In this document: in pieces, positions 36,567 through 49,300 of the stretch
How the letters are laid out: each line of letters opens with the position of its first letter
Position numbering within the stretch: the first letter of the stretch is position 1
Assembly: GCF_036365525.1 (NCBI RefSeq)
Contig: NC_090399.1
Span: 60,110,430-60,174,429, forward strand
Direction of reading: 5' to 3'
Source of the DNA: Heterodontus francisci
Taxonomy: Eukaryota
Length of the DNA: 64,000 nucleotides
Translations under genes and position numbers: made by a program
Notes under the pieces: generated by a model
Seen by the model: the letters and a program-made list of their open reading frames with translations, nothing else
Databases searched by the model: none
Told to the model about the DNA's origin: nothing

Positions 36567-36727
36567 ATGTGGGTCACATGTAGGCCAGACCAGGTAAGGA
36601 TGACAGATTTCATTCTGTAGAGGACATATGTGAACCAGATGGGTTTTTGCAATAATCAATGATAGTTTCATAGCACCATTACTGAGACTAGCTCTCAATT
36701 CCAGATTTTTTATTCATTAATTGAATG
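36567..36727 (-). mobile_element. SINE body fragment (same family as 23955-24260)
   Basis: gtcacatgtaggccagaccaggtaagga...tgaaccagatgggttttt is the reverse complement of the body. Confidence 0.7.
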
Positions 36728-37505
36728 TAAGTAGCTTTCATGCTCATTCCACCTGTCTGTAATTCTTCCTTTGTATGCCTGCATCCAATATCTGGACCAT
36801 TTCAAATCTGGGAATCATTGAGTTTTCTATTCTTTGTGTCACTGCAAAATATTCCATCTGTTCGACAAAGACTGCAGCAAATGACTGTTTCCTCTGGATT
36901 TTTTTCAAGGCAGCAGACATCTAATCCAACAGGATTCTCTCTGAGAACCAAAAACCATTTAGAACCAGGAGCCTATCCATATGCAACCTTAGTATAATCC
37001 AGCAATTTAAATGCTAGCACTGAACCAGGGATCTCTAAATTGAATTTCCTCAATCTTTATGCAGTCTGTTAGAATCCATGGTATATTCTTCCATTGACTA
37101 ACTATCTGTCTTCTGAAATCTATCAAATTCTGACCATGCCTCATAGGTATTTAATAGATGATATTTCTTGTAGATTTCATCCAAGAACTCTAATGGAAGA
37201 TCCAAACCTTCATCAGTATTCAACTGATGAGCACTTTGCTCACAAAATACTTTTCTTCTGATTTTACTTCTTGTAAGAATTGACAATGCCAAGGCCATAC
37301 CTTGTTTCCTGTTTGGTAGGGGCATAACCCATGTCCACCAATCCACTTCATGCTTCCACTGGTTATATGGCTCACTCTGAGAACATTGGAGGGTAATCAA
37401 ACCCAGATAATTTACACTCACTTTCTGTAATTTCTCACAATGGCTATTAGGATTGTAGTCTTCTGTCTCATTTTTTTTCTTGCTTTTCTACCTTCACCTT
37501 TAGGC

Positions 37506-37523
37506 AACTATCCTCTGCTACCA
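37506..37523 (-). other. Primer binding site complementary to initiator tRNA-Met
   Basis: Plus strand aactatcctctgctacca vs vertebrate tRNA-iMet 3' end AACCAUCCUCUGCUACCA (17/18); abuts the 5' LTR. Confidence 0.9.
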
Positions 37524-37734
37524 TATTATATTCCAGGAAGCCAGTTGGTGAAGGAAAGCACTGGAGCCAATCTTTAGTCAATCTCACATTTATTTACAGA
37601 GTCAAACATTACATGGACACAGCTCCTAACTCAACCACAGTTTCAGTAAGTGTCTCTTTACATGTGCTCAAGTGAAATCCTAATTAATGCCCTCCACCTG
37701 CATATAATTAAACACAATTCATATGCAATTAACA
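37524..37734 (-). repeat. 5' LTR of the Copia-like element
   Basis: Starts TGTTAATTG on the minus strand; direct repeat of 27807-28010. Confidence 0.88.
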
Positions 37735-37774
37735 CATAGACAGTAATGAGATAACTAGATAAAACAAAGTTAAA

Positions 37775-39192
37775 GGATGTAAAGATAAGCCCAGCAACTA
37801 CAGGCCAATCAGTTTAACATTGGTGGTGGGGAAACTTCTAGAAACAATAATTCAGGACAAAATTAATAGTCACATGGACAGATGCGGGTTAATTAAGAAA
37901 AGCCAGCATGGATCTGTCTCGGGAAAATCATGTTTAACTAACTTGCTGGAGTTTTGGAAGGGGCAACTGAGATGGTTGATGAGTGCAATGCTGTTGATGT
38001 GGTGTACATGGACATCCAAAAGACATTTGATACAGTGCCACACAACCGACTTGTGAGCTCAGTCATAGCTCATGGAATAAAAGGGACAGTAGCAACATGG
38101 ATACGAAATTGGCTGAGTGACAGGAAACAGAGAGTAGCGATTAATGGATGTTTTACGGGCTGGAGGAAGGTTTGTAGTGGAGTTCCCCAGGGGTCAGTGT
38201 TAGGGCCTTTGCTCTTCCTAATCTATATTAATGACTTTGACCTTGGTGTACAGGGCACAATTTCAAAATTTGCGGATGATACGAAACTTGGAAACATTGT
38301 GAACTATGAGGGGGATAGTGTAGAACTTCAAAAGCACATAGACAAGCTGGTGGAATGGGTGGACAAGTGGCAGAAGAAGTTCAATGCAGAGAAATATGAA
38401 ATGATTCATTTTGGTAGGAAGAACATGGAGACAATATAAAATAAAGGGTACAATTCTAAAGGGTGGTGCAGGAACAGAGGGACCTGTGAGTATATGTGCA
38501 TAAGTCATTGAAGATGGCAGGATAGGTTGAGAGTGCGGTCAATAATGTATGCAGTATCCTAGGTTTTATTAATAGGTGCATAGAATACAAGAGCAAGGAG
38601 GTTATGTTGAACTTCTATAAGACACTAGTTTGGCCTCAGCTGGAGTATTGTATCCAGTTCTGGGTGCCACATTTAAGGAAAGACTTGAAGGGATTGGAAA
38701 GAATCCGGAAAAGATTCACAAGAATGGTTCCAAGGATAAGAAACTTCATTTACGAGGATAGACTGGAGAAATTTGGACTGTTTTCTTTGGAGAAGAGAAA
38801 GCTGAGAGGAGTTTTGATAGAGGTATTCAAAATCATGAGGGATCTGGACAGAATAGAGAAGGAGAAATTCATGAAAGGATCGAGAACGGGAGGGCACAGA
38901 TTTAAGATAATTGACATAGGAAGCAATGGTGACATGAGGAAAAACCTTTCCACACAGCGAGTGGTTGGGATCTGGAATGCACTGCCTGATAGCGTGGTGG
39001 AGGCAGGTTCAAACAAGCCATTCAATAGGGAATTAGTCAGTTACCTGAAAATGAAGAATGCACAGGGTTATGGAGAGAAGGCGGGGGTGGGGGTGGGAAC
39101 TGCACTAAGCGAATTACTCACTCCGAGAGCTGGTGCAGACATGATGGGCCGAATGGCCTCCTTCTGTGCTGTAACGATTCTGTGATTCTGTG
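37775..39192 (+). mobile_element. CR1 LINE RT and 3' end
   Basis: ORFs 37954-38439 (GVPQGSVLGPLLF, FADDTKLG) and 38604-39185; tail gattctgtgattctgtg. Confidence 0.93.
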
Positions 39193-39604
39193 CGGATCTG
39201 CTAACATTCTAATGATGCCAACTGAACTGCTTTTAATGTCATTAAATATTGTTTCTTAATGGTCTACACACGCAATCAGTTCATATCCAATACAAACAGC
39301 TGTTGGCTAAATCAGTATTAACAGCAGTCACACCATTTCAGACGTTTAACAGACTCAAAGCAGGTTACATTTTTTTTTTAAACATCCTTTAAACAGATGA
39401 GTTCCTTTCCCTCTAATTCTATTACCTAGTACTCACTGGAAAGTGACATTCTTGGGATTATTTTACAGAACAGTTCAAATCCAGCCAAGTTTCAGTGTTA
39501 TTTAACAATGCAAGGGATTTATATATATGGTGGAAGATTTTAGTTCGGCCAACTGACAGAATTTCCATGATTATAAGAATTAAACCAACAAGAGATTAAT
39601 ATCA

Positions 39605-39788
39605 AGATAAAATGGTGGAAATGCTCAGCAGGCAGGTAGCATTATGTGTTCTGATGAAAGGTCACTGACCTGAAACATTAACTCTGCTTCTCTCTCCACA
39701 GATGCTGCCAGACCTGCTGAGAATTTCCAGCAATTTTTGTTTTCATTTCAGATTTTCAGCATCTGCAGTATTTTGCTTTTATTTTAGC
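39605..39788 (+). mobile_element. Hammerhead-like/Penelope-type short repeat with partial inverted 5' arm
   Basis: gtt-ctgatga-a-aggtca-c-tgacct-gaaac-att-aac at 39648-39682, then agatgctgccagacctgctgag...; inverted arm at 39615-39642. Confidence 0.75.
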
Positions 39789-40329
39789 ATTATAATGACA
39801 CTTGCTAACTGCACGAGTCAAAATAAAATGCACCCGAGAATCACAGCAGAAGCTGGCCTCCCACCTTCACTCCCATTGAAAGTAAATGTGAGGTTCTAAC
39901 ACAAACCACTGTTAATTCATAAAAAGCTGGCGGCTTGCCTTTTTATTGTTCATTCCCTTTCTCCCCCTTCTGTTTTTTCTCTCTCAGTCCCACGCCAGAG
40001 ATTATGCAGCAAACCCTCTGGAAAGGCAATAGAGACATCCTGCGGTCCAGTGAGCCCCAGTCTGAGGACCACTACTTTATACAGTGAGATTTGTGTTGTG
40101 TCTGTCTGTCCCTCTGTTGTGCGTGTTTGTCCTTGTGTTTTATACAGTGAGATTCGGGCTGTGTCTGCCTGTCCCACTCTGGGTTCATGTGGAATCATTT
40201 CCTTTTACTGATCCTGTTCATTCTCAATTTGTTCTACACAAAACAGCACAGATTCCTTTCCTACCCTGTACAAGGTCACCTGGAATAAACCCATCCCATT
40301 CCATGTCCCTGCACTTTACAATATATACA

Positions 40330-43300
40330 CATTTATCAACCTCCTCTATTTGTGTCTCACTCTGTATCACTGTATTCTGTCTCACCTTTATCAATCACCC
40401 TCTGTTTGTGTGTCTCACACTGTATCACTGTATTCAGTCTCACCTTTATCAATCACCCTCTGTTTGTGCGTCTCACTCTGTATCACTGTATTCAGTCTCA
40501 CCTTTATCAATCCCCTCTGTTTGTGTCTCTCTGTATCACTGTATTCAGGCTCACCTTTATCAATCTCCTCTGTTTGTGTCTCTCTGTATCACTGTATTCA
40601 GTCTCACCTTTATCAATCACTCTCTATTTGTGTCTCACTCTGTATCACTGTATTCTGTCTTACCTTTATCAATCACCCTCTGTTTGTGTCTCTCTGGATC
40701 ACTGTATTCAGTCTCACCTTTATCAATCTCCTCTGTTTGTCTCACTCTGTATCACTGTATTCATACTCACCTTTATCAATCACCCTCTGTTTGTGCGTCT
40801 CACTCTGTATCACTGTATTCAGTCTCACCTTTATCAATCACTCTCTGTTTGTGACTCTCTGTATCACTGTATTCAGTCTCACCTTTATCAATCTCCTCTG
40901 TTTGTGACTCTCTGTATCACTGTATTCAGTCTCACCTTTATCAATCTCCTCTGTTTGTGACTCTCTGTATCACTGTATTCAGTCTCACCTTTATCAATCA
41001 CTCTCTATTTGTGTCTCACTCTGTATCACTGTATTCTGTCTCACCTTTATCAATCACCCTCTGTTTGTGTGTCTCACTCTGTATCACTGTATTCAGTCTC
41101 ACCTTTATCAATCCCCTCTGCTTGTGTCTCTCTGTATCACTGTATTCAGGCTCACCTTTATCAATCCCCTCTGTTTGTGTCTCTCTGTATCACTCTATTC
41201 ATTCTCACCTTTATCAATCACCCTCTGTTTGTGCGTCCAAATCTGTATCACTGTATTCATTCTCACCTTTATCAATCACTCTCTGTTTGTGTCTCTCTGT
41301 ATCACTGTATTCAGTCTCACCTTTATCAATCACTCTCTGTTTGTGTCTCTCTGTATCACTGTATTCAGTCTCACCTTTATCAATCTCCTCTGTTTGTGAC
41401 TCTCTGTATCACTGTATTCAGTCTCACCTTTATCAATTTCCTCTGTTTGTGACTCTCTGTATCACTGTATTCAGTCTCACCTTTATCAATCACTCTCTAT
41501 TTGTGTCTCACTCTGTATCACTGTATTCTGTCTCACCTTTATCAATCACCCTCTGTTTGTGTGTCTCACTCTGTATCACTGTATTCAGTCTCAACTTTAT
41601 CAATCTCCTCTGTTTGTCTCACTCTGTAACACTGTATTCATACTCACCTTTATCAATCACCCTCTGTTTGTGCGTCTCACTCTGTATCACTGTATTCAGT
41701 CTCACCTTTATCAATCACTCTCTGTTTGTGACTCTCTGTATCACTGTATTCAGTCTCACCTTTATCAATCTCCTCTGTTTGTGACTCTCTGTATCACTGT
41801 ATTCAGTCTCACCTTTATCAATCTCCTCTGTTTGTGACTCTCTGTATCACTGTATTCAGTCTCACCTTTATCAATCACTCTCTATTTGTGTCTCACTCTG
41901 TATCACTGTATTCTGTCTCACCTTTATCAATCACCCTCTGTTTGTGTGTCTCACTCTGTATCACTGTATTCAGTCTCACCTTTATCAATCCCCTCTGTTT
42001 GTGTCTCTCTGTATCACTGTATTCAGGCTCACCTTTATCAATCCCCTCTGTTTGTGTCTCTCTGTATCACTCTATTCATTCTCACCTTTATCAATCACCC
42101 TCTGTTTGTGCGTCCAAATCTGTATCACTGTATTCATTCTCACCTTTATCAATCACTCTCTGTTTGTGTCTCTCTGTATCACTGTATTCAGTCTCACCTT
42201 TATCAATCACTCTCTGTTTGTGTCTCTCTGTATCACTGTATTCAGTCTCACCTTTATCAATCTCCTCTGTTTGTGACTCTCTGTATCACTGTATTCAGTC
42301 TCACCTTTATCAATCTCCTCTGTTTGTGACTCTCTGTATCACTGTATTCAGTCTCACCTTTATCAATCACTCTCCATTTGTGTCTCACTCTGGATCACTC
42401 TATTCTGTCTCACCTTTATCAATCACCCTCTGTTTGTGTGTCTCACTCTGTATCACTGTATTCAGTCTCACCTTTATCAATCCCCTCTGTTTGTGTCTCT
42501 CTGTATCACTGTATTCAGGCTCACCTTTATCAATCCCCTCTGTTTGTGTCTCTCTGTATCACTCTATTCATTCTCACCTTTATCAATCACCCTCTGTTTG
42601 TGCGTCCAAATCTGTATCACTGTATTGATTCTCACCTTTATCAATCACTCTCTGTTTGTGTCTCTCTGTATCACTGTATTCAGTCTCACCTTTATCAATC
42701 ACTCTCTGTTTGTGTCTCTCTGTATCACTGTATTCAGTCTCACCTTTATCAATCACCCTCTTTTTGTGTCTCTCTGTATCACTGTATTCAGTCTCACCTT
42801 TATCAATCACTCTCTGTTTGTGTCTCACACTGTATCACTGTATTCAGTCTCACCTTTATCAATCTCCTCTGTTTGTGACTCTCTGTATCACTGTATTCAG
42901 TCTCACCTTTATCAATTTCCTCTGTTTGTGACTCTCTGTATCACTGTATTCAGTCTCACCTTTATCAATCACTCTCTATTTGTGTCTCACTCTGTATCAC
43001 TGTATTCTGTCTCACCTTTATCAATCACCCTCTGTTTGTGTGTCTCACTCTGTATCACTGTATTCAGTCTCACCTTTATCAATCTCCTCTGTTTGTCTCA
43101 CTCTGTATCACTGTATTCATACTCACCTTTATCAATCACCCTCTGTTTGTGCGTCTCACTCTGTATCACTGTATTCAGTCTCACCTTTATCAATCACTCT
43201 CTGTTTGTGACTCTCTGCTTCACTGTATTCAGTCTCACCTTTATCAATCTCCTCTGTTTGTGACTCTCTGTATCACTGTATTCAGTCTCACCTTTATCAA

Positions 43301-46300
43301 TCTCCTCTGTTTGTGACTCTCTGTATCACTGTATTCAGTCTCACCTTTATCAATCACTCTCTATTTGTGTCTCACTCTGTATCACTGTATTCTGTCTCAC
43401 CTTTATCAATCACCCTCTGTTTGTGTGTCTCACTCTGTATCACTGTATTCAGTCTCACCTTTATCAATCCCCTCTGTTTGTGTCTCTCTGTATCACTGTA
43501 TTCAGGCTCACCTTTATCAATCCCCTCTGTTTGTGTCTCTCTGTATCACTCTATTCATTCTCACCTTTATCAATCACCCTCTGTTTGTGCGTCCAAATCT
43601 GTATCACTGTATTCATTCTCACCTTTATCAATCACTCTCTGTTTGTGTCTCTCTGTATCACTGTATTCAGTCTCACCTTTATCAATCACCCTCTGTTTGT
43701 GTCTCTCTGTATCACTGTATTCAGTCTCACCCTTATCAATCTCCTCTGTTTGTGACTCTCTGTATCACTGTATTCAGTCTCACCTTTATCAATTTCCTCT
43801 GTTTGTGACTCTCTGTATCACTGTATTCAGTCTCACCTTTATCAATCACTCTCTATTTGTGTCTCACTCTGTATCACTGTATTCTGTCTCACCTTTATCA
43901 ATCACCCTCTGTTTGTGTGTCTCACTCTGTATCACTGTATTCAGTCTCACCTTTATCAATCTCCTCTGTTTGTCTCACTCTGTATCACTGTATTCATACT
44001 CACCTTTATCAATCACCCTCTGTTTGTGCGTCTCACTCTGTATCACTGTATTCAGTCTCACCTTTATCAATCACTCTCTGTTTGTGACTCTCTGTATCAC
44101 TGTATTCAGTCTCACCTTTATCAATCTCCTCTGTTTGTGACTCTCTGTATCACTGTATTCAGTCTCACCTTTATCAATCTCCTCTGTTTGTGACCTCTGT
44201 ATCACTGTATTTAGTCTCACCTTTATCAATCACTCTCTATTTGTGTCTCACTCTGTATCACTGTATTCTGTCTCACCTTTATCAATCACCCTCTGTTTGT
44301 GTGTCTCACTCTGTATCACTGTATTCAGTCTCACCTTTATCAATCCCCTCTGTTTGTGTCTCTCTGTATCACTGTATTCAGGCTCAGCTTTATCAATCCC
44401 CTCTGTTTGTGTCTCTCTGTATCACTCTATTCATTCTCACCTTTATCAATCACCCTCTGTTTGTGCGTCCAAATCTGTATCACTGTATTCATTCTCACCT
44501 TTATCAATCACTCTCTGTTTGTGTCTCTCTGTATCACTGTATTCAGTCTCACCTTTATCAATCACTCTCTGTTTGTGTCTCTCTGTATCACTGTATTCAG
44601 TCTCACCTTTATCAATCTCCTCTGTTTGTGACTCTCTGTATCACTGTATTCAGTCTCACCTTTATCAATCTCCTCTGTTTGTGACTCTCTGTATCACTGT
44701 ATTCAGTCTCACCTTTATCAATCACTCTCTATTTGTGTCTCACTCTGTATCACTGTATTCTGTCTCACCTTTATCAATCACCCTCTGTTTGTGTGTCTCA
44801 CTCTGTATCACTGTATTCAGTCTCACCTTTATCAATCCCCTCTGTTTGTGTCTCTCTGTATCACTGTATTCAGGCTCACCTTTATCAATCCCCTCTGTTT
44901 GTGTCTCTCTGTATCACTCTATTCATTCTCACCTTTATCAATCACCCTCTGTTTGTGCGTCCAAATCTGTATCACTGTATTCAGTCTCACCTTTATCAAT
45001 CACCCTCTTTTTGTGTCTCCCTGTATCACTGTATTCAGTCTCACCTTTATCAATCACTCTCTGTTTGTGTCTCACACTGTATCACTGTATTCAGTCTCAC
45101 CTTTATCAATCTCCTCTGTTTGTGTCTTTCTGTATCACTGCATTCAGTCTCACCTTTATCAATCTCCTCTGTTTGTGTCTCTCTGTATCACTGTATTCAG
45201 TCTCATCTTTATCAATCACCCTCTATTTGTGTCTCACACTGTATCACTGTATTCAGTCTCACCTTTATCAATCACCCTCTGTTTGTGCGTCTCACTCTGT
45301 ATCACTGGATTCATTCTCACCTTTATCAATCACTCTCTGTTTGTGTCTCTCTGTATCACTGTATTCATTCTCACCTTTATCAATCTCCTCTATTTGTGTC
45401 TCTCTGTATCACTGTATTCAGTCTCACCTTTATCAATCACTCTCTGTTTGTGTCTCTCTGTATCACTCTATTCAGTCTCACCTTTATCAATCACTCTCTG
45501 TTTGTGTGTCTCTGTATCACTGTATTCATTCTCACCTTTATCAATCTCCTCTATTTGTGTCTCTCTGTATCACTTTATTCACTCTCACCTTTCTCAATCT
45601 CCTCTATTTGTGTCTCTCTGTATCACTGTATTCAGTCTCACCTTTATCAATCACCCTCTATTTGTGTCTCTCTGTATCACTGTATTCAGTCTCACCTTTA
45701 TCAATCACTCTCTGTTTGTGTCTCTCTGTATCACTGTATTCAGTCTCACCTTTATCAATCACCCTCTATTTGTGTCTCTCTGTATCACTGTATTCAGTCT
45801 CACCTTTATCAATCCCCTCTGTTTGTGTCTCTCTGTATCACTGTATTCATTCTCACCTTTATCAATCTCCTCTATTTGTGTCTCTCTGTATCACTGTATT
45901 CAGTCTCACCTTTATCAATCACTCTCTATTTGTGTCTCTCTGTATCACTGTATTCAAGTCTCACCTTTATCAATCACTCTCTGTTTGTGTCTCTCTGTAT
46001 CACTGTATTCAAGTCTCACCTTTATCAATCACTCTCTGTTTGTGTCTCTCTGTATCACTGTATTCAAGTCTCACCTTTATCAATCACCCTCTATTTGTGT
46101 CTCTCTGTATCACTGTATTCAAGTCTCACCTTTATCAATCACTCTGTTTGTGTCTCTCTGTATCACTGTATTCAGTCTCACCTTTATCAATCACTCTCTG
46201 TTTGTGTCTCTCTGTATCACTCTATTCAGTCTCACCTTTATCAATCACTCTCTGTTTGTGTCTCTCTGTATCACTCTATTCAGTCTCACCTTTATCAATC

Positions 46301-49300
46301 ACTCTCTGTTTGTGTCTCTCTGTATCACTCTATTCAGTCTCACCTTTATCAATCTCCTCTATTTGTGTCTCTCTGTATCACTGTATTCAGTCTCACCTTT
46401 ATCAATCACTCTCTGTTTGTGTCTCTCTGTATCACTGTATTCACTCTCACCTTTATCAATCACCCTCTATTTGTGTCTCTCTGTATCACTGTATTCAGTC
46501 TCACCTTTATCAATCACTCTCTGTTTGTGTCTCTCTGTATCACTGTATTCACTCTCACCTTTATCAATCACCCTCTATTTGTGTCTCTCTGTATCACTGT
46601 ATTCAGTCTCACCTTTATCAATCACTCTCTGTTTGTGTCTCTCTGTATCACTGTATTCAGTCTCACCTTTATCAATCACCCTCTATTTGTGTCTCTCTGT
46701 ATCACTGTATTCAGTCTCACCTTTATCAATCACTCTCTGTTTGTGTCTCTCTGTATCACTGTATTCAAGTCTCACCTTTATCAATCACTCTCTGTTTGTG
46801 TCTCTCTGTATCACTGTATTCAAGTCTCACCTTTATCAATCACCCTCTATTTGTGTCTCTCTGTATCACTGTATTCAAGTCTCACCTTTATCAATCACTC
46901 TGTTTGTGTCTCTCTGTATCACTGTATTCAGTCTCACCTTTATCAATCACTCTCTGTTTGTGTCTCTCTGTATCACTCTATTCAGTCTCACCTTTATCAA
47001 TCACTCTCTGTTTGTGTCTCTCTGTATCACTCTATTCAGTCTCACCTTTATCAATCACCCTCTGTTTGTGTCTCTCTGTATCACTGTATTCAGTCTCACC
47101 TTTATCAATCACTCTCTGTTTGTGTCTCTCTGTATCACTGTATTCAAGTCTCACCTTTATCAATCACTCTCTTTTTGTGTCTCTCTGTATCACTGTATTC
47201 AGTCTCACCTTTATCAATCACTCTCTGTTTGAGTCTCTCTGTATCACTCTATTCAGTCTCACCTTTATCAATCACCCTCTATTTGTGTCTCTCTGTATCA
47301 CTGTATTCACTCTCACCTTTATCAATCACTCTCTGTTTGTGTCTCTCTGTATCACTGTATTCAGTCTCACCTTTATCAATCACTCTCTGTTTGTGTCTCT
47401 CTGTATCACTCTATTCAGTCTCACCTTTATCAATCACCCTCTATTTGTGTCTCTCTGTATCACTGTATTCAGTCTCACCTTGATCAATCACTCTCTGTTT
47501 GTGTCTCTCTGTATCACTGTATTCAAGTCTCACCTTTATCAATCACTCTCTTTTTGTGTCTCTCTGTATCACTGTATTCAGTCTCACCTTTATCAATCAC
47601 TCTCTGTTTGTGTCTCACTGTATCACTCTATTCAGTCTCACCTTTATCAATCACTCTCTGTTTGTGTCTCTCTGTATCATTGTATTCAGTCTCACCTTTA
47701 TCAATCACCCTCTATTTGTGTCTCTCTGTATCACTGTATTCAGTCTCACCTTTATCAATCACTCTCTGTTTGTGTCTCTCTGTATCACTCTATTCAGTCT
47801 CACCTTTATCAATCACCCTCTATTTGTGTCTCTCTGTATCACTGTATTCACTCTCACCTTTATCAATCACTCTCTGTTTGTGTCTCTCTGTATCACTCTA
47901 TTCAGTCTCACCTTTATCAATCACCCTCTATTTGTGTCTCTCTGTATCACTGTATTCACTCTCACCTTTATCAATCACTCTCTGTTTGTGTCTCTCTGTA
48001 TCACTGTATTCAAGTCTCACCTTTATCAATCTCCTCTGTTTGTGTCTCTCTGTATCACTGTATTCAGTCTCACCTTTATCAATCACCCTCTATTTGTGTC
48101 TCTCTGTATCACTGTATTCAGTCTCACCTTTATCAATCACTCTCTGTTTGTGTCTCTCTGTATCACTGTATTCAGTCTCACCTTTATCAATCACTCTCTG
48201 TTTGTGTCTCTCTGTATCACTCTATTCAGTCTCACCTTTATCAATCACTCTCTGTTTGTGTCTCTCTGTATCACTCTATTCAGTCTCACCTTTATCAATC
48301 ACCCTCTGTTTGTGTCTCTCTGTATCACTCTATTCAGTCTCACCTTTATCAATCACTCTCTGTTTGTGTCTCTCTGTATCACTGTATTCATTCTCACCTT
48401 TATCAATCACTCTCTGTTTGTGTCTCTCTGTATCACTCTATTCAGTCTCACCTTTATCAATCACCCTCTGTTTGTGTCTCTCTGTATCACTGTATTCAGT
48501 CTCACCTTTATCAATCACTCTCTGTTTGTGTCTCTCTGTATCACTGTATTCATTCTCACCTTTATCAATCACCCTCTGTTTGTGTCTCTCTGTATCACTG
48601 TATTCATTCTCACCTTTATCAATCACTCTCTGTTTGTGTCTCTCTGTATCACTGTATTCAGTCTCACCTTTATCAATCACTCTCTATTTGTGTCTCTCTG
48701 TATCACTGTATTCATTCTCACCTTTATCAATCACTCTCTATTTGTGTCTCACTCTGTATCACTGTATTCTGTCTCACTTTATCAATCACCCTCTGTTTGT
48801 GTGTCTCACTCTGTATCACTGTATTCAGTCTCACCTTTATCAATCCCCTCTGTTTGTGTCTCTCTGTATCACTTTATTCAGGCTCACCTTTATCAATCCC
48901 CTCTGTTTGTGTCTCTCTGTATCACTCTATTCATTCTCACCTTTATCAATCACCCTCTGTTTGTGCGTCCAAATCTGTATCACTGTATTCATTCTCACCT
49001 TTATCAATCACTCTCTGTTTGTGTCTCTCTGTATCACTGTATTCAGTCTCACCTTTATCAATCACTCTCTGTTTGTGTCTCTCTGTATCACTGTATTCAA
49101 TCTCACCTTTATCAATCTCCTCTGTTTGTGACTCTCTGTATCACTGTATTCAGTCTCACCTTTATCAATCACTCTCTGTTTGTGTCTCTCTGTATCACTC
49201 TATTCAGTCTCACCTTTATCAATCACTCTCTGTTTGTGTCTCTCTGTATCATTGTATTCAGTCTCACCTTTATCAATCACCCTCTATTTGTGTCTCTCTG

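Larger units (their letters stand above)
27807..37734 (-). mobile_element. Copia-order (GalEa-like) LTR retrotransposon, decayed, with nested insertions
   Basis: LTRs 37524-37734 and 27807-28010; PBS 37506-37523; PPT 28011-28030; minus-strand order gag (37421), C..C knuckle (~36480), integrase HRQFTH..CEIC / LTDNGGEFAN / SNGLCERNH (35940-34811), RT (IRVNDFLWGG, 30723-30415; SLIGHLNW), RNase H (VDNRS..SEKR..IKWV, 28437). Confidence 0.9.

Noticed and set aside
24392-39185. Intact autonomous retroelement or domesticated RT/integrase gene
   Set aside because: All EN, RT and IN frames are broken by stops, frameshifts or insertions
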